A DNA stretch of 64,000 nt from an uncultured Gemmatimonadota bacterium (GTDB lineage Bacteria > JAAXHH01). The notes below the pieces were generated by a model, which did not search any database, was not told the DNA's origin, and worked only from the letters and a program-made list of their open reading frames with translations. The stretch's first letter is position 1, and each line of letters starts with the position of its first letter. The position numbers were made by a program, and so were the translations under genes. Location of the stretch: assembly GCA_951812955.1 (NCBI GenBank), contig OX638340.1, positions 3,264,001 through 3,328,000 of the forward strand, in the 5' to 3' direction. Positions 39,077 to 50,218 of this stretch are shown here, in pieces.

Positions 39077-40090
39077 ATGACCACGGAAAACGTGAAATCA
39101 CCGGACGACATCAAGGCCATCCACGACCGAATATACGAGCAGAGCGTCTTCGTCGACCGGCTGGTATCGGAAATCGGCAAGGTGATCGTCGGTCAGCATT
39201 ACATGGTCGAACGCCTCCTGATCGGCCTGCTGACCAATGGGCACATTCTGCTCGAAGGCGTGCCGGGGCTGGCCAAGACCCTGGCCGTCAAGACCCTGGC
39301 GTCGACGGTCGCGGCACGGTTCCACCGCATTCAGTTCACGCCCGACCTGCTCCCCGCCGATCTGACGGGCACCATGATCTACGAAGCGGGCAGCGGCGAG
39401 TTCATCGCCAAGAAGGGACCGATCTTCGCCCATCTCATCCTCGCGGACGAAATCAACCGTGCGCCGGCGAAAGTGCAGAGCGCCCTACTGGAGGCCATGC
39501 AGGAGCACCAGGTCACCATAGGCGACGAGACCTTTCCGCTCGAGGACCCCTTCCTGGTGCTCGCCACGCAGAATCCCATCGAGCAGGAAGGCACCTACCC
39601 CCTTCCGGAGGCCCAGGTCGACCGATTCATGCTCAAGCTGACCACGACCTATCCCCGCAAGGAAGAGGAACTCGAGATCCTGAACCGCATGACGACCGGC
39701 GAGTCGGTTGAAGTGGAACAGGTCGTGTCGCTGGAGGATATCGTCCGTGCGAGATCGATCATCAACCAGGTCTACATGGACGAGAAGATCAAGCAATACA
39801 TCGTCGACCTCGTCTTCGCGACCCGCAACCCGGAGGACTACGGCGAGCTCACCGACATCCGCGACCTGGTGGAGTACGGCGCCTCGCCCCGTGCGACGAT
39901 CTACCTGGCGACGGCCGCGCGCGCGCACGCCTTCCTGCGCCGCAGAGGCTATGTCACCCCGGAGGACGTAAAGTCGATCGGAATGGACGTGTTGCGCCAC
40001 CGCGTCATCGTTACCTACGAGGCGGAGGCGGAAGACATGACCGCGGAACAAATCCTTCAGCGCGTGTTCGACTGTGTAGAGATCCCTTGA
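39077..40090 (+). CDS. MoxR-like AAA+ ATPase
   Basis: ...ILLEGVPGLAKTL... Walker A, ...HLILADEINRAP... Walker B, MoxR subfamily. Confidence 0.9.
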   Translation: MTTENVKSPDDIKAIHDRIYEQSVFVDRLVSEIGKVIVGQHYMVERLLIGLLTNGHILLEGVPGLAKTLAVKTLASTVAARFHRIQFTPDLLPADLTGTMIYEAGSGEFIAKKGPIFAHLILADEINRAPAKVQSALLEAMQEHQVTIGDETFPLEDPFLVLATQNPIEQEGTYPLPEAQVDRFMLKLTTTYPRKEEELEILNRMTTGESVEVEQVVSLEDIVRARSIINQVYMDEKIKQYIVDLVFATRNPEDYGELTDIRDLVEYGASPRATIYLATAARAHAFLRRRGYVTPEDVKSIGMDVLRHRVIVTYEAEAEDMTAEQILQRVFDCVEIP

Positions 40091-40968
40091 TACCCAGGCA
40101 GATTATCCAGAAAATCCGGCAGATCGAGATCCGGACCAAGCATCTCGTGAACGACGTGTTCAGCGGAGAGTACCACAGCGTCTTCAAGGGCCGCGGCATG
40201 GAATTCGCCGAGGTGCGCGAATACGAGCCGGGAGACGAGATCCGATCGATCGACTGGAACGTCACCGCCCGGCTGGGACGTCCCTATGTCAAGCGGTTCA
40301 TCGAGGAAAGGGAACTGACGGTCATTCTCATGGCCGACGTCAGCGCATCGGGCCATTTCGGCACGGCGAGCCAGATGAAGAGCGAGATTACCGCGGAAAT
40401 CTGCGCGCTGCTTGCTTTTGCGGCGATCCAGAACAATGACCGTGTCGGCCTCCTCATGTTCACCGATCAGATCGAGAAGTTCATCCCGCCGAAGAAGGGC
40501 CGGACCCATATTCTGCGGGTCATCCGGGAAGTGCTGTACACCCGGCCCGATCACACCGGCACCGACATCACACAAGCGCTCGATTACCTGAACCGGTTGC
40601 TGACGCGCAGGAGCATAGTCTTCATCATATCGGATTTTCTCGATTCGGACTATGCCAAGCCGCTGCGGGTGGCCAGCAAACGGCATGACGTGGTCGCCGT
40701 AACGATCACGGACCCGAGGGAACTCGATCTGCCCGGCATCGGGCTGATCGAACTGCAGGACGCGGAATCGGGAGAGGAAGCGCTCATCGACACCACCGAC
40801 GCCGCATGGCGCAAGCAGTATGCCGAGTACAACGAGGCCATTCGTGAAGACCGCGACCGGCAATTCAGGGTGACCGGCGTGGACGCAATCCATATCCGTA
40901 CGGACGAACCCTACATCGATCCGCTGATGCAGTTCTTCAAGCTGCGCGAACGCAAAATCGCGCGGTGA
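40087..40968 (+). CDS. DUF58 domain protein (MoxR partner, vWA-like)
   Basis: ...SGEYHSVFKGRGMEFAEVREYEPGDEIRSIDWNVTAR... DUF58 signature; TTG start overlapping moxR stop. Confidence 0.8.
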   Translation: MIPRQIIQKIRQIEIRTKHLVNDVFSGEYHSVFKGRGMEFAEVREYEPGDEIRSIDWNVTARLGRPYVKRFIEERELTVILMADVSASGHFGTASQMKSEITAEICALLAFAAIQNNDRVGLLMFTDQIEKFIPPKKGRTHILRVIREVLYTRPDHTGTDITQALDYLNRLLTRRSIVFIISDFLDSDYAKPLRVASKRHDVVAVTITDPRELDLPGIGLIELQDAESGEEALIDTTDAAWRKQYAEYNEAIREDRDRQFRVTGVDAIHIRTDEPYIDPLMQFFKLRERKIAR

Positions 40969-41118
40969 ATCGAAAACGGCGCGCCGGACCTGTCCGCGGG
41001 ATCGGGTCGAAAGGCAACAAAGGCTTGCATTTCATCACTTTGTGCGGTAAATTAGGTTACTTTGAAAACCGCTGTCCGTTTCGCGCGAAACTTGCGGGAA
41101 AGGCACTGGGAGCCTGAC

Positions 41119-42066
41119 GTGATAGAAGTAAAGAATCTGACCAAGAAATACGGTAATTTCACCGCGGTCCGGGACGTGAGTTTCCAGGTCGAAAAGGGCG
41201 AGATTCTCGGATTCCTCGGGCCGAACGCCGCGGGCAAGACCACTACCATGCGGGTGCTGACCTGCTTCATGCCCGCGACGGCCGGCACCGCCCGGGTGGC
41301 AGGGTTCGACACGTTCAACCAATCCCTCGAGGTGCGCCGCAGGGTGGGATACCTCCCGGAAAACGTACCCCTTTACCTGGACATGCGGGTCCGTCCATAC
41401 CTGGAGTTTATCGCCCGGATCAAGGATATCCCTTCCCGCGATCGCAAAAAGGCCGTCAACCGCGTAATCGAGCTGGCCGCGCTGGAAGATGTCGAAAACC
41501 GGATTATCGGACATTGCTCCAAGGGATTTCGCCAACGGGTGGGACTGGCCCAGGCGCTGATACACGACCCCGACGTCCTGATCCTGGACGAGCCGACCAA
41601 CGGATTGGACCCGAAGCAGATCAACGAGGTCCGTGAGGTGATCAGGAGCCTGTCCGGGGACCATACCATTATTCTCAGCAGTCATATTCTGCCCGAAGTG
41701 AGCAAGACCTGCGAGCGTGTGCTCATTATCGACCGGGGACGGATCGTGGCCGGGGACACGCCGGCCAACCTGGACGCGCGGCTGCGGGGTTCGCAATCCA
41801 TCTCGGTACAAATCCGCGGTCCGGTCAAGGAAGTGATGGACCTGCTGAAGAAGAAGGATGGCGTGGTGGACGTGAAGACCAGGTCTTCACTCGGCGAAAG
41901 CCTCTGGCAATATGACATCGACATCATTCCCGGCAGGGATCTCCGTCCCGAGCTGGCATCGTCGGTGGTCGAAAACAACTGGGACCTCCTGGAACTCACC
42001 ACGGCCGGCATGAGCCTGGAAGAGATCTTCCTGGAGCTGACGACCCAGGAAGAGGAGGTATCCTGA
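41119..42066 (+). CDS. ABC transporter ATP-binding protein (GldA-like, ABC-2 subfamily)
   Basis: GPNAAGKTT Walker A, ...LSGGxxQR-like CSKGFRQRV..., ILDEPTNGLD Walker B; GTG start with GGGAG RBS preferred over track ATG at 41062. Confidence 0.85.
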   Translation: MIEVKNLTKKYGNFTAVRDVSFQVEKGEILGFLGPNAAGKTTTMRVLTCFMPATAGTARVAGFDTFNQSLEVRRRVGYLPENVPLYLDMRVRPYLEFIARIKDIPSRDRKKAVNRVIELAALEDVENRIIGHCSKGFRQRVGLAQALIHDPDVLILDEPTNGLDPKQINEVREVIRSLSGDHTIILSSHILPEVSKTCERVLIIDRGRIVAGDTPANLDARLRGSQSISVQIRGPVKEVMDLLKKKDGVVDVKTRSSLGESLWQYDIDIIPGRDLRPELASSVVENNWDLLELTTAGMSLEEIFLELTTQEEEVS

Positions 42067-42068
42067 CG

Positions 42069-42842
42069 ATGCAGGGATTACTGGCCATCTGGGAACGTGA
42101 ATTGAAAGCCTATTTCATTTCACCTATCTTCTACGCCCTTACCACCGTATTCATATTTATCGTAAGTTTCATGTTTTACCAGCAGTTAGGGAACTACACC
42201 GGGTATTTCATGCAGGCCGCGCAGTACCCGACGCTGATGGAGCGGATCAACATCAACGAGATGATCATGCGTCCGCTGTTCAATACCATGAGTTTCGTGG
42301 CCGTGCTGACCCTCATGCCCATGCTCACCATGCGGGTCTTTTCCGAGGAAAAGAAATCCGGCACGATCGAGCTGCTGCTGACTTCGCCGGTCAAGGACTG
42401 GCACGTGATCCTGGGCAAGTTTTTGGCGGCCTATACCCTGTACACGGTCATGATCGGGCTGACGATGATCTACCCGCTGGTGCTTCAGGCGTATGGCGAT
42501 CCCGACTGGGGTCCCATCTGGGCCGGCTACCTGGGCCTCCTGCTCCTCGGCGGCGGCGTGATAACCATCGGGTTGTTCGCCTCGTCGCTGACGGAGAACC
42601 AGATCGTGGCCGCCGTGATCTGCTTCGGCGCCGCGCTCATACTCTGGATGATGGACGTAGCCGCGGAATCGATGACCGGTACTTTGGGGGAAATTGTCGG
42701 CTACCTGTCCGTGCTGAGGCACTACAATACCTTTGAAAAAGGGATCATCGACTCGACGGACTGCCTGTTTTTCCTCAGTTTCATTTTCCTGGGCCTGTTC
42801 ATCACGGTCCGGTCGGTGGAATCGACGCGGTGGCGAGGATAA
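42069..42842 (+). CDS. ABC-2 family transporter permease (GldF-like)
   Basis: 6-TM permease following the ATPase. Confidence 0.75.
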   Translation: MQGLLAIWERELKAYFISPIFYALTTVFIFIVSFMFYQQLGNYTGYFMQAAQYPTLMERININEMIMRPLFNTMSFVAVLTLMPMLTMRVFSEEKKSGTIELLLTSPVKDWHVILGKFLAAYTLYTVMIGLTMIYPLVLQAYGDPDWGPIWAGYLGLLLLGGGVITIGLFASSLTENQIVAAVICFGAALILWMMDVAAESMTGTLGEIVGYLSVLRHYNTFEKGIIDSTDCLFFLSFIFLGLFITVRSVESTRWRG

Positions 42843-42913
42843 CGCGTGTCCCGAATGGACGACATAGCCCGCGCCTTCGATAGTGCGGATCTGGCCAGGG
42901 GAGAAACCCTTAC

Positions 42914-44533
42914 ATGAAAAGTCTCGTTTCGTCCGCCGGTTACCTGGGTCTTATCCTGATCCTGGTCAGCGGGTACCTTTACGTCTCGGATGCGACGACG
43001 CAGCGCACGGCGTTGATCGCCCTGCTGGTAGGTCTGGCGCTCGGATCGACCTGGATGGTCTTCGAATGGGAGAAGGTATGGAACCTGCTCGGACGTCGTA
43101 CAACAAGATACGGCGCCAACACCGCCGTACTGGTGCTGCTGGTTATTGGAATCCTGGCATTCGCGAACATGATCGGCTCGCGATACACCCAGCGGTATGA
43201 CGCGACGGCCAACAAGCGGTTCAGCCTTGCCGACTTGTCCGTCAGCGTATTGAGCGAACTGGACCAGGAAGTTCACATCGTGGGGTTTTTCAGATCCAGC
43301 GGGCCCGATGCCACGAATCGGTATCTGCTCGACGACATGTTGAATCAGTTTCAGTACCATTCGGATCACATCACGTACGAATTCATAGACCCCGATCTCG
43401 AGCCGAGTATAGCGCGCCAGTACAACATCTCCGCCTACGGAACGGTCGTGTTCGAAAGCGAGGGCAAGACCGAGCACATCAACCGTTATCTCGAAGAAAG
43501 CGTGACCAACGCGCTGGTCAAGGTCACGCGCGAAGGCCAGAAGACCATTTACTTCCTGGAAGGCCACGGCGAACATAACGTCAACCTGACCGACCAGGCC
43601 GGCTACAACAGGATTATGCAGTTGCTCGAGAACCAGAGTTACACCGTCAGGAGCTTTTCGCTGCTCAGTGAGGTGGAGGTGCCGGCGGACTGTAACGTGC
43701 TGGTGGTGGCCGGTCCCCGGACCAACCTGGTGGGAAACGAGCAGGAAGCCATTCGCAACTACCTGGACCGCGGCGGCCGCGCCCTGTTCCTGATCAACCC
43801 CGACTATCCCGAAGAAAGCGCCGATCTGTCCGCGCTGCTCGCACACTGGAAGGTGCGGATCGGCGACAACGTCGTGATCGACGAAAGCGCCGTGGGCAGG
43901 TTGCCTGGCATGAACGAGTACATGCCGGCCGTCATGCAATACCCGGCCCATCCCATCACGCGCCCCCTTGGCAACACCGTGAGTTTCTTCCCACTGGTGC
44001 GGTCCATCGAAACGGCGTCGGCCTCAGACGATACCGTGGAGATTCAGACCATCGCCATGACCGGGGCCCGCAGCTGGGCGGAAACCACGCTGCCGGGATC
44101 GCCGGACGAAGCCATGGAGTACGTGCCCGTGCTGGATCCGGAAACGGACGAGCCTGGCCCGGTTTCCATCGCCGTGGCCATCACGGCCGTCCCCAGGGCG
44201 CTTCCGCGCAGGGACATGGCCACGCTGACGCCGCAGGAGATGGCGATGCGGCCGGAGGAGCACGAACTGAAAACCCGCATCGTGGTCGTTGGAAATTCAT
44301 CCTTTGCATCCAATGCCTACATCATGCTGCCGGGCAATGGCGACCTGGCCCTGAACATCCTCAACTGGCTCGCCCAGGAGGAGGACCTGCTCGCGATCCG
44401 GCCCAAGTCCAGCGACACCAGGCTGGTTCAGATTTCACTGAGCCAGATGTGGGATATCTTTATCTTCACCGGCATCCTCTCGCCCATCGCCATCCTGATC
44501 GCTGGCGTAGTGGTGTGGTGGAGAAGGAAATAG
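42914..44533 (+). CDS. GldG-like ABC-transporter auxiliary protein
   Basis: N- and C-terminal TM anchors with large periplasmic domain, positioned after gldA/gldF-like genes. Confidence 0.7.
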   Translation: MKSLVSSAGYLGLILILVSGYLYVSDATTQRTALIALLVGLALGSTWMVFEWEKVWNLLGRRTTRYGANTAVLVLLVIGILAFANMIGSRYTQRYDATANKRFSLADLSVSVLSELDQEVHIVGFFRSSGPDATNRYLLDDMLNQFQYHSDHITYEFIDPDLEPSIARQYNISAYGTVVFESEGKTEHINRYLEESVTNALVKVTREGQKTIYFLEGHGEHNVNLTDQAGYNRIMQLLENQSYTVRSFSLLSEVEVPADCNVLVVAGPRTNLVGNEQEAIRNYLDRGGRALFLINPDYPEESADLSALLAHWKVRIGDNVVIDESAVGRLPGMNEYMPAVMQYPAHPITRPLGNTVSFFPLVRSIETASASDDTVEIQTIAMTGARSWAETTLPGSPDEAMEYVPVLDPETDEPGPVSIAVAITAVPRALPRRDMATLTPQEMAMRPEEHELKTRIVVVGNSSFASNAYIMLPGNGDLALNILNWLAQEEDLLAIRPKSSDTRLVQISLSQMWDIFIFTGILSPIAILIAGVVVWWRRK

Positions 44534-44546
44534 GAGACGAAACGCC

Positions 44547-46325
44547 GTGAGCGGTGGCCGATACACGATCATGCTGGCCTTGATTCTGGGTCTGCTGGCG
44601 TCCTACTTCTTCCTTTTCGTTAACGAGGAAGATCAGGTTGCGGAGATCGAGCGTGTATTCGAGATCAACCCCGAGGAGGTCGTCGAGATCAAGGTGACCG
44701 TGGACGGAGCGGCCACAACGATCGAGAAGGTACCCATGGAAGGTTGGGAGATTACCGATCCGGTCAGGTACGCCGCGGATCCCGACATCGTGGGTGCGTT
44801 GCTGCGTGAATTCTCCACTCTGTCCCCCGCACGTACTGTCGCCGATTCGGCGGAAGCCCTTTCGGAATACGGCCTTGAGAATCCGTCGGCGTCCGTCGAG
44901 GTCATCCGGGGTCTCGACAGGCCCATGGTGTTGCTGCTGGGAGACGTGAACCCGACGGGCGCAGCCCATTATGCCGTGGAAAGTGGTAAACGGAGGGTAT
45001 TCCTCATTTCCTCGCAGATCAATGGGAACCTGCGAAGGACGTCCGACGCATTGCGCGACCGCAGTCTGATTCGCGTCGAACGGGACGACGTGGAAGAGCT
45101 CATCCTCGAAAAGGGCGACCGCCGGATCGTCATCGGCCTGGACCCCTTCGGAACATGGCGCGTAGAAGCGCCGTACCGGCTCCCTGCCGAGCGCGATGAG
45201 GTGGTCAACGCCTTGACCACGATTATCGGGGCCTCGGCCATTTCCTTCGTCGACGAAGCGCCGTCTTCGCTTGATGAATACGGTTTGGCGAATCCGGTGA
45301 TGACGGCGACCGTGAAATCCGGCGACGGCAGCATTCTCCAGACGCTTTCACTGGGCAATGATCATTTGGGCCAGGTTTTTGCCATGACCAGCGAAAGACG
45401 CAACGTATACTCGGTATCGACTTCGATCCTGCGCCAGCTGGACCGGGAACCCGAGTTTTACAGGCGGGTCACGGCTTTCGATTTTCAATCCTACAGGATC
45501 CCCGACTTTTCGATGGAACTGGGAGACGAGACCGTAACCCTGGTCAAGCATGCCTTCGAAGACTGGCGTATGACGTCTCCCTACGAATTGAGAGCCAACG
45601 ACCGTTTTATCACGGCCATGCTGGACAGCCTGGAGATCATGCGTGTGCGGGAACACATACCGCTGACGGACGCGAACAAAGCGACTTACGGTTTCGAGAA
45701 CCCGGCTGCCAGCCTCTCGCTAACGATCGAGGACCGGGTGAGACCCCAGGAAATCCTGGTCGGCTCGGCCTCCGGCGATGGGCAGTATGAATATGTGATG
45801 GACCCCGCGGAGGAGTGGATCTACGCAGTGGATGAAACTACGCTGCAGCGTCTGCCTGCCTCCGCGATCGACTTGCGCGACAATAAGATCCTTCGGTTCA
45901 AAGGCTATCAGGTACACATGTTCGAGGTGGTCACGCCCGACGAACGTTTGCGGGTGCGCCGCGACCAGAAGCAAAGAGTCGTATGGAAAATCGAAGAGCC
46001 TTCATCGGGCGACGCCGACGCGATCTCGGTCGGCCGGGCGTTCAGCGAGCTGGATTCACTGTATTCGCAGGCCTTCATAACGGCAGACCCCGACGCTGAC
46101 CTGTCAACCTATGGACTGGACAGACCGATCATGGAACTTACGCTGCAGATCGGGGGCCGGGACGACGTGCTGGAAGAACGCTTATCGCTCCTGGTGGGCA
46201 AATCGTTTCCCGGGGACCAGAACCTGGTCTACGTCAAGCAAAGGAACAGCCCCGTCGTGTCCCTGGCCAGGGCCGGGTTCGTGGCCCGTATCAATGATAT
46301 GGTCGCCCAGACACCGAAATCGTGA
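44547..46325 (+). CDS. DUF4340-like protein (frequent gldG neighbour)
   Basis: N-terminal TM, internally repeated beta-rich modules; context-based call. Confidence 0.5.
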   Translation: MSGGRYTIMLALILGLLASYFFLFVNEEDQVAEIERVFEINPEEVVEIKVTVDGAATTIEKVPMEGWEITDPVRYAADPDIVGALLREFSTLSPARTVADSAEALSEYGLENPSASVEVIRGLDRPMVLLLGDVNPTGAAHYAVESGKRRVFLISSQINGNLRRTSDALRDRSLIRVERDDVEELILEKGDRRIVIGLDPFGTWRVEAPYRLPAERDEVVNALTTIIGASAISFVDEAPSSLDEYGLANPVMTATVKSGDGSILQTLSLGNDHLGQVFAMTSERRNVYSVSTSILRQLDREPEFYRRVTAFDFQSYRIPDFSMELGDETVTLVKHAFEDWRMTSPYELRANDRFITAMLDSLEIMRVREHIPLTDANKATYGFENPAASLSLTIEDRVRPQEILVGSASGDGQYEYVMDPAEEWIYAVDETTLQRLPASAIDLRDNKILRFKGYQVHMFEVVTPDERLRVRRDQKQRVVWKIEEPSSGDADAISVGRAFSELDSLYSQAFITADPDADLSTYGLDRPIMELTLQIGGRDDVLEERLSLLVGKSFPGDQNLVYVKQRNSPVVSLARAGFVARINDMVAQTPKS

Positions 46326-46326
46326 C

Positions 46327-47400
46327 ATGAGGCGGCATGCGGTGAGGTGTTCAAGCTTACTCGCCACCATCCTGGTGGCCGTCTCAACGAATCCGGCTGA
46401 TACCGAAGCCTTCCCGGCGCCGCAGGATGAAGACAACGGTTTCTCGATCGAGGCCTCGGTAGATCGCGACCGGATCACCGTGGGCGACCCCTTCCTGTAC
46501 CGGATCACCGTGAAGAGCCCCGGCAACTCCGCGGTCGAGTGGCCGGAATCAGGCCGCCCCCCGGAAGGTTTCGATCTCCTATCCTTCGAGCACGAGGGGC
46601 CCCTGTCCGGCCCCGGCGGAGTGAACGTCGATTCACTCCGCTACGAACTTACCCTTTATCGGACGGGCGAACATTCCATACCGTCATTCGCGCTGAAGTG
46701 CGTCCTGCTGGACGGTACCGAAATATCCGCCGAGTCGGATTCCATTTCCGTTACCGTCCTCAGCGTTATAGACGATGAGGCAGAGGATATACGCGATCTG
46801 AAGGATCCGGTGGAGATCCCTGGCGAAGTGCCCTGGTACTTCTGGGCGATCGGCGGACTGGTGCTGCTCGCCGTCGCGACGGGCCTCTTTCTGTACTTCA
46901 GGCGCCGCGGGAAACGGAACGATGCGAACGGCCCGGATACGGCTATCGAACGCCTTCCCGAAGAGATCGCCCTGGAGGAGCTGGATCGACTGGCTCTCAA
47001 GGAGTGGCTGGTCCAGGGACACGTGAAAGCACATTACTCCGCGCTGTCTGAAATCCTGCGACGGTACCTGTCCGTGCGCTACGGGATAGCCGCCATGGAA
47101 TATACGACTTCCGAATTGATAGCGGCGTTGAACGCACTCGATCTCGGCCATGAGGAGTCACGGACCGTCCGTGTACTGTTCGAAGAATGCGACATGGTTA
47201 AATTCGCAAGGTATACACCCGAAACGCACCGGCAGTCACTTTCCTTGGGGGAAGGACGGGAGATCGTCGAGCTGACGAGCCCTCCCCCCGCGCCGGAGTA
47301 TGCCGCGCTGGACCGGAATGACGCCGAAGCCGATTCACCGGTATCCGGCGAGGTTTCCGCCGGCGATGCGGGTTCCGTACGAGCACCGTCTAAGGACTGA
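46327..47400 (+). CDS. membrane protein of bat operon (DUF4381-like): signal peptide, central TM, cytoplasmic tail
   Basis: Starts at ATG 46327 (track ORF extended upstream spuriously); ...WYFWAIGGLVLLAVATGLFLYFRRRG... single TM. Confidence 0.5.
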   Translation: MRRHAVRCSSLLATILVAVSTNPADTEAFPAPQDEDNGFSIEASVDRDRITVGDPFLYRITVKSPGNSAVEWPESGRPPEGFDLLSFEHEGPLSGPGGVNVDSLRYELTLYRTGEHSIPSFALKCVLLDGTEISAESDSISVTVLSVIDDEAEDIRDLKDPVEIPGEVPWYFWAIGGLVLLAVATGLFLYFRRRGKRNDANGPDTAIERLPEEIALEELDRLALKEWLVQGHVKAHYSALSEILRRYLSVRYGIAAMEYTTSELIAALNALDLGHEESRTVRVLFEECDMVKFARYTPETHRQSLSLGEGREIVELTSPPPAPEYAALDRNDAEADSPVSGEVSAGDAGSVRAPSKD

Positions 47401-47407
47401 AGCACTC

Positions 47408-48415
47408 ATGTTTTTTTCCATGCCCTTGATTCTTGTTCTGCTCGTGATCCTCCCAGTCCTACTATGGTGGTATCGCCGCCGGTTGAAGGGACGCCGGGGC
47501 GGCCTGACGTTCTCCGACATCTCCTTCGTAAACAAGCTGAAACCCGCGTCAATCCTCAAGTACCGCCACATTCCCGTCGTGCTGCGTGCCATGGCCATAG
47601 GACTGGCAATACTTGCCCTTGCCCGTCCGCAGACGGGTACCGAGGGCGCGGAAGTGATGACCGAGGGTATCGATATCGTGCTGGCGCTCGACATATCCGG
47701 CAGCATGGGGGCCGAGGACTATAAGCCCCGCAACCGGCTTTATGTTGCTAAAACCGTGATTTCCAGTTTTATCCGGGAGCGGCAAAACGACCGGATCGGC
47801 ATGGTGGTCTTCGCGGGACGTAGCTTCACGCAGTGCCCGCTTACGCTGGACTACGATGTACTGCTAGGCCTGTTGGAACAGGTGGAGATCGGGTTGACCG
47901 AGGACGGCACGGCCATTGGAATGGGAATCGCCAATTCCGTCAACCGGTTGCGCCAGAGCAGCGCCGAAAGCAAAGTGGTCATCCTGTTGACCGACGGCGT
48001 GAACAACACGGGTGCGATCGACCCGATCACCGCGGCCAAGGCGGCCAATGCGCTGGGGATCAAGATCTACTCGGTCGGCATAGGAAAGGAAGAAGGCGCG
48101 CCGATTCCCGTCGATGACCCTGTGCTCGGACGCACGTATGCCCGAAATCGGGACGGCAGCCTCGCACTCACGGAAATCGACGAGGAAACCCTGCGGCAGG
48201 TCGCAAGTATAACGGGCGGATTCTATTTCAAAGCGACCGATGGCGAGATGCTGTCCCACATTTATCAACGAATAGACGCGCTTGAACGCACGGAAATGAG
48301 CGTCATAGCCTACTCGAGGTATACCGAGTTATTCGGTTTTTTCCTGTTGCCGGCCATGTTTCTTGTGCTGGCCGAGGTCCTGTTGACACACACCCGGCTG
48401 AGGAGACTCCCCTAG
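47408..48415 (+). CDS. batA: BatA-like von Willebrand factor A domain membrane protein
   Basis: ...DIVLALDISGSM... MIDAS motif, N- and C-terminal TM helices. Confidence 0.8.
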   Translation: MFFSMPLILVLLVILPVLLWWYRRRLKGRRGGLTFSDISFVNKLKPASILKYRHIPVVLRAMAIGLAILALARPQTGTEGAEVMTEGIDIVLALDISGSMGAEDYKPRNRLYVAKTVISSFIRERQNDRIGMVVFAGRSFTQCPLTLDYDVLLGLLEQVEIGLTEDGTAIGMGIANSVNRLRQSSAESKVVILLTDGVNNTGAIDPITAAKAANALGIKIYSVGIGKEEGAPIPVDDPVLGRTYARNRDGSLALTEIDEETLRQVASITGGFYFKATDGEMLSHIYQRIDALERTEMSVIAYSRYTELFGFFLLPAMFLVLAEVLLTHTRLRRLP

Positions 48416-48451
48416 GCCGGGGAGGACGCGTACCGGTTCTCCGGAGCAGAC

Positions 48452-49483
48452 ATGCGATTTGCCCAACCCGAGTTTCTTTACCTGCTTGCGATTGCGCCGC
48501 TGCTCATCCTTTTCTTTATCGTTCGGTTCCGGCACAGGCGCGACGTGCTCAGGAAGTTAGGCGAGCAGGCACTGCTGGACAGACTGTCCCGTTCAACCGT
48601 AGTTGGCAGGCAGCCGGTCAAGGCGGCGCTCGTGGTCCTGGCCCTGGTCTGCTTTGTTCTGGCACTCGCGCGTCCGCAGTTCGGAACCCGGTCCGAAACA
48701 ATTCGTCAGACCGGATTTTCTGTCATGGCCGCACTGGATGTTTCCAATAGTATGCTGGCCGAGGATGTCCGGCCGAATCGCCTCATACGGGCCAAGTATG
48801 CCGTTCGGTCCCTGGTGAGAAAACTCCGGAACGATCAGATCGGGCTGGTTGTTTTCGCCGGTTCCGCTTTTCTGCAGTGTCCGCTGACTTCCGATTACAG
48901 CATCGTCGAGCTCTTTCTGGACGGCATCGATACCCGGACTGTGGGCACGCAGGGAACGGCCATTTCGCAAGCGCTGCAAATCGCGGGCCAGTCGTTTCAA
49001 CAGGACCATAGGGGATACAAAGCCATCGTACTGATCACAGACGGAGAAGACCACCAGGAAGACCCGGTCGCCGTCGCAGCGGAACTGGCAGCCCAGGGCG
49101 TACGCGTTTACGTGGTGGGCATCGGTACCCCGAACGGCGTACCCATACCCATCATGGGCGAGGACGGCACGGTCGCCGGCCACATGCGGGACCGGTCCGG
49201 CGCAGTGGTCATGAGCCGTCTGGACGAGTCCACGTTGCGTCAGATCGCGGAAACGACCGGAGGGGCTTACTACAGGGCGTTGCCGGGGGGTGAAGAAATG
49301 GACCTGGTATACGATACCATCTCCTCGCTGGAGAGGGCGGAATTCGAAAGCAGGGAATTTACGCAGTACGTTGAACGTTTCCAGTATATATTGTTGTTCG
49401 GTTTGCTGTTACTGGTCGCGGATACCGTTATACGGGACCGCAGATTGCTCGACGAATCGCCGGAATCGGAACCAAAGCCATGA
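48452..49483 (+). CDS. batB: BatB-like vWA domain membrane protein
   Basis: ...SVMAALDVSNSM... MIDAS motif, same topology as BatA. Confidence 0.8.
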   Translation: MRFAQPEFLYLLAIAPLLILFFIVRFRHRRDVLRKLGEQALLDRLSRSTVVGRQPVKAALVVLALVCFVLALARPQFGTRSETIRQTGFSVMAALDVSNSMLAEDVRPNRLIRAKYAVRSLVRKLRNDQIGLVVFAGSAFLQCPLTSDYSIVELFLDGIDTRTVGTQGTAISQALQIAGQSFQQDHRGYKAIVLITDGEDHQEDPVAVAAELAAQGVRVYVVGIGTPNGVPIPIMGEDGTVAGHMRDRSGAVVMSRLDESTLRQIAETTGGAYYRALPGGEEMDLVYDTISSLERAEFESREFTQYVERFQYILLFGLLLLVADTVIRDRRLLDESPESEPKP

Positions 49484-50190
49484 GCGTAATCCTGGTCATC
49501 CTGTTGTTTCTTGGTTGGCAGCCGGCCGCGAAGAATGCTCGTGGAAACCAGCTGTACCAACAGGAAAAATACGAAGAGGCGCTGGCGTCCTATACTGAAG
49601 CACTGGCGGAGGACGGCGAAAACCCGGCCTTGCACTACAATCGGGCCAACGCGCTGTACCGCTCCGAGCAGTATCCCTCTGCCGTGCAGTCGTATACGAA
49701 CGCATTGGACGGCGAAGCGCCGCTCGATGGCCGGGCCCGGTACAACCTGGGCAACAGCCTGTATCGCATGGGCCGGCTTGAAGACTCCATCGAGGCTTAC
49801 AAGGAGGCGCTTCGGATCAAGTCGGACGATCTCGACATGAAATACAACCTGGAATTCGTGACACGACAGCTACAGGAGCAGCAGGAAGAACAGGAACGCC
49901 GGAACGCGCAGAACCGTCAGGAAGACGGGGAAGATCAGGAAGACCGGGAGGATCAGGAGAATCAGAATGACCAGGAAGACCAGGAGGATCAGGAGAATCA
50001 GGAAGACGACGAGGGTCAGCAGCCGGAAGGAGAGGATGAGCCGCAACGGCAGCAGGCTCCCCGGGAGGGTGAACTGAGCAAAGCAGAGGCAGAACGACTC
50101 CTGAATGCCCTGAACAGGGACGAGCAGGATATACAGCGCCGGCTGCGCAGACAGCAGGCCACCCAGGTCAATCCGGAGAAAGACTGGTAA
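49480..50190 (+). CDS. batC: BatC-like TPR protein with acidic QED-repeat C-terminus
   Basis: TPR repeats (…YNRANALYR…YNLGNSLYR…) then QEDGEDQEDREDQENQNDQEDQEDQENQEDDEGQQ. Confidence 0.7.
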   Translation: MSVILVILLFLGWQPAAKNARGNQLYQQEKYEEALASYTEALAEDGENPALHYNRANALYRSEQYPSAVQSYTNALDGEAPLDGRARYNLGNSLYRMGRLEDSIEAYKEALRIKSDDLDMKYNLEFVTRQLQEQQEEQERRNAQNRQEDGEDQEDREDQENQNDQEDQEDQENQEDDEGQQPEGEDEPQRQQAPREGELSKAEAERLLNALNRDEQDIQRRLRRQQATQVNPEKDW

Positions 50191-50218
50191 CCGTTCCACG
50201 AATCGCGATGAAAACACC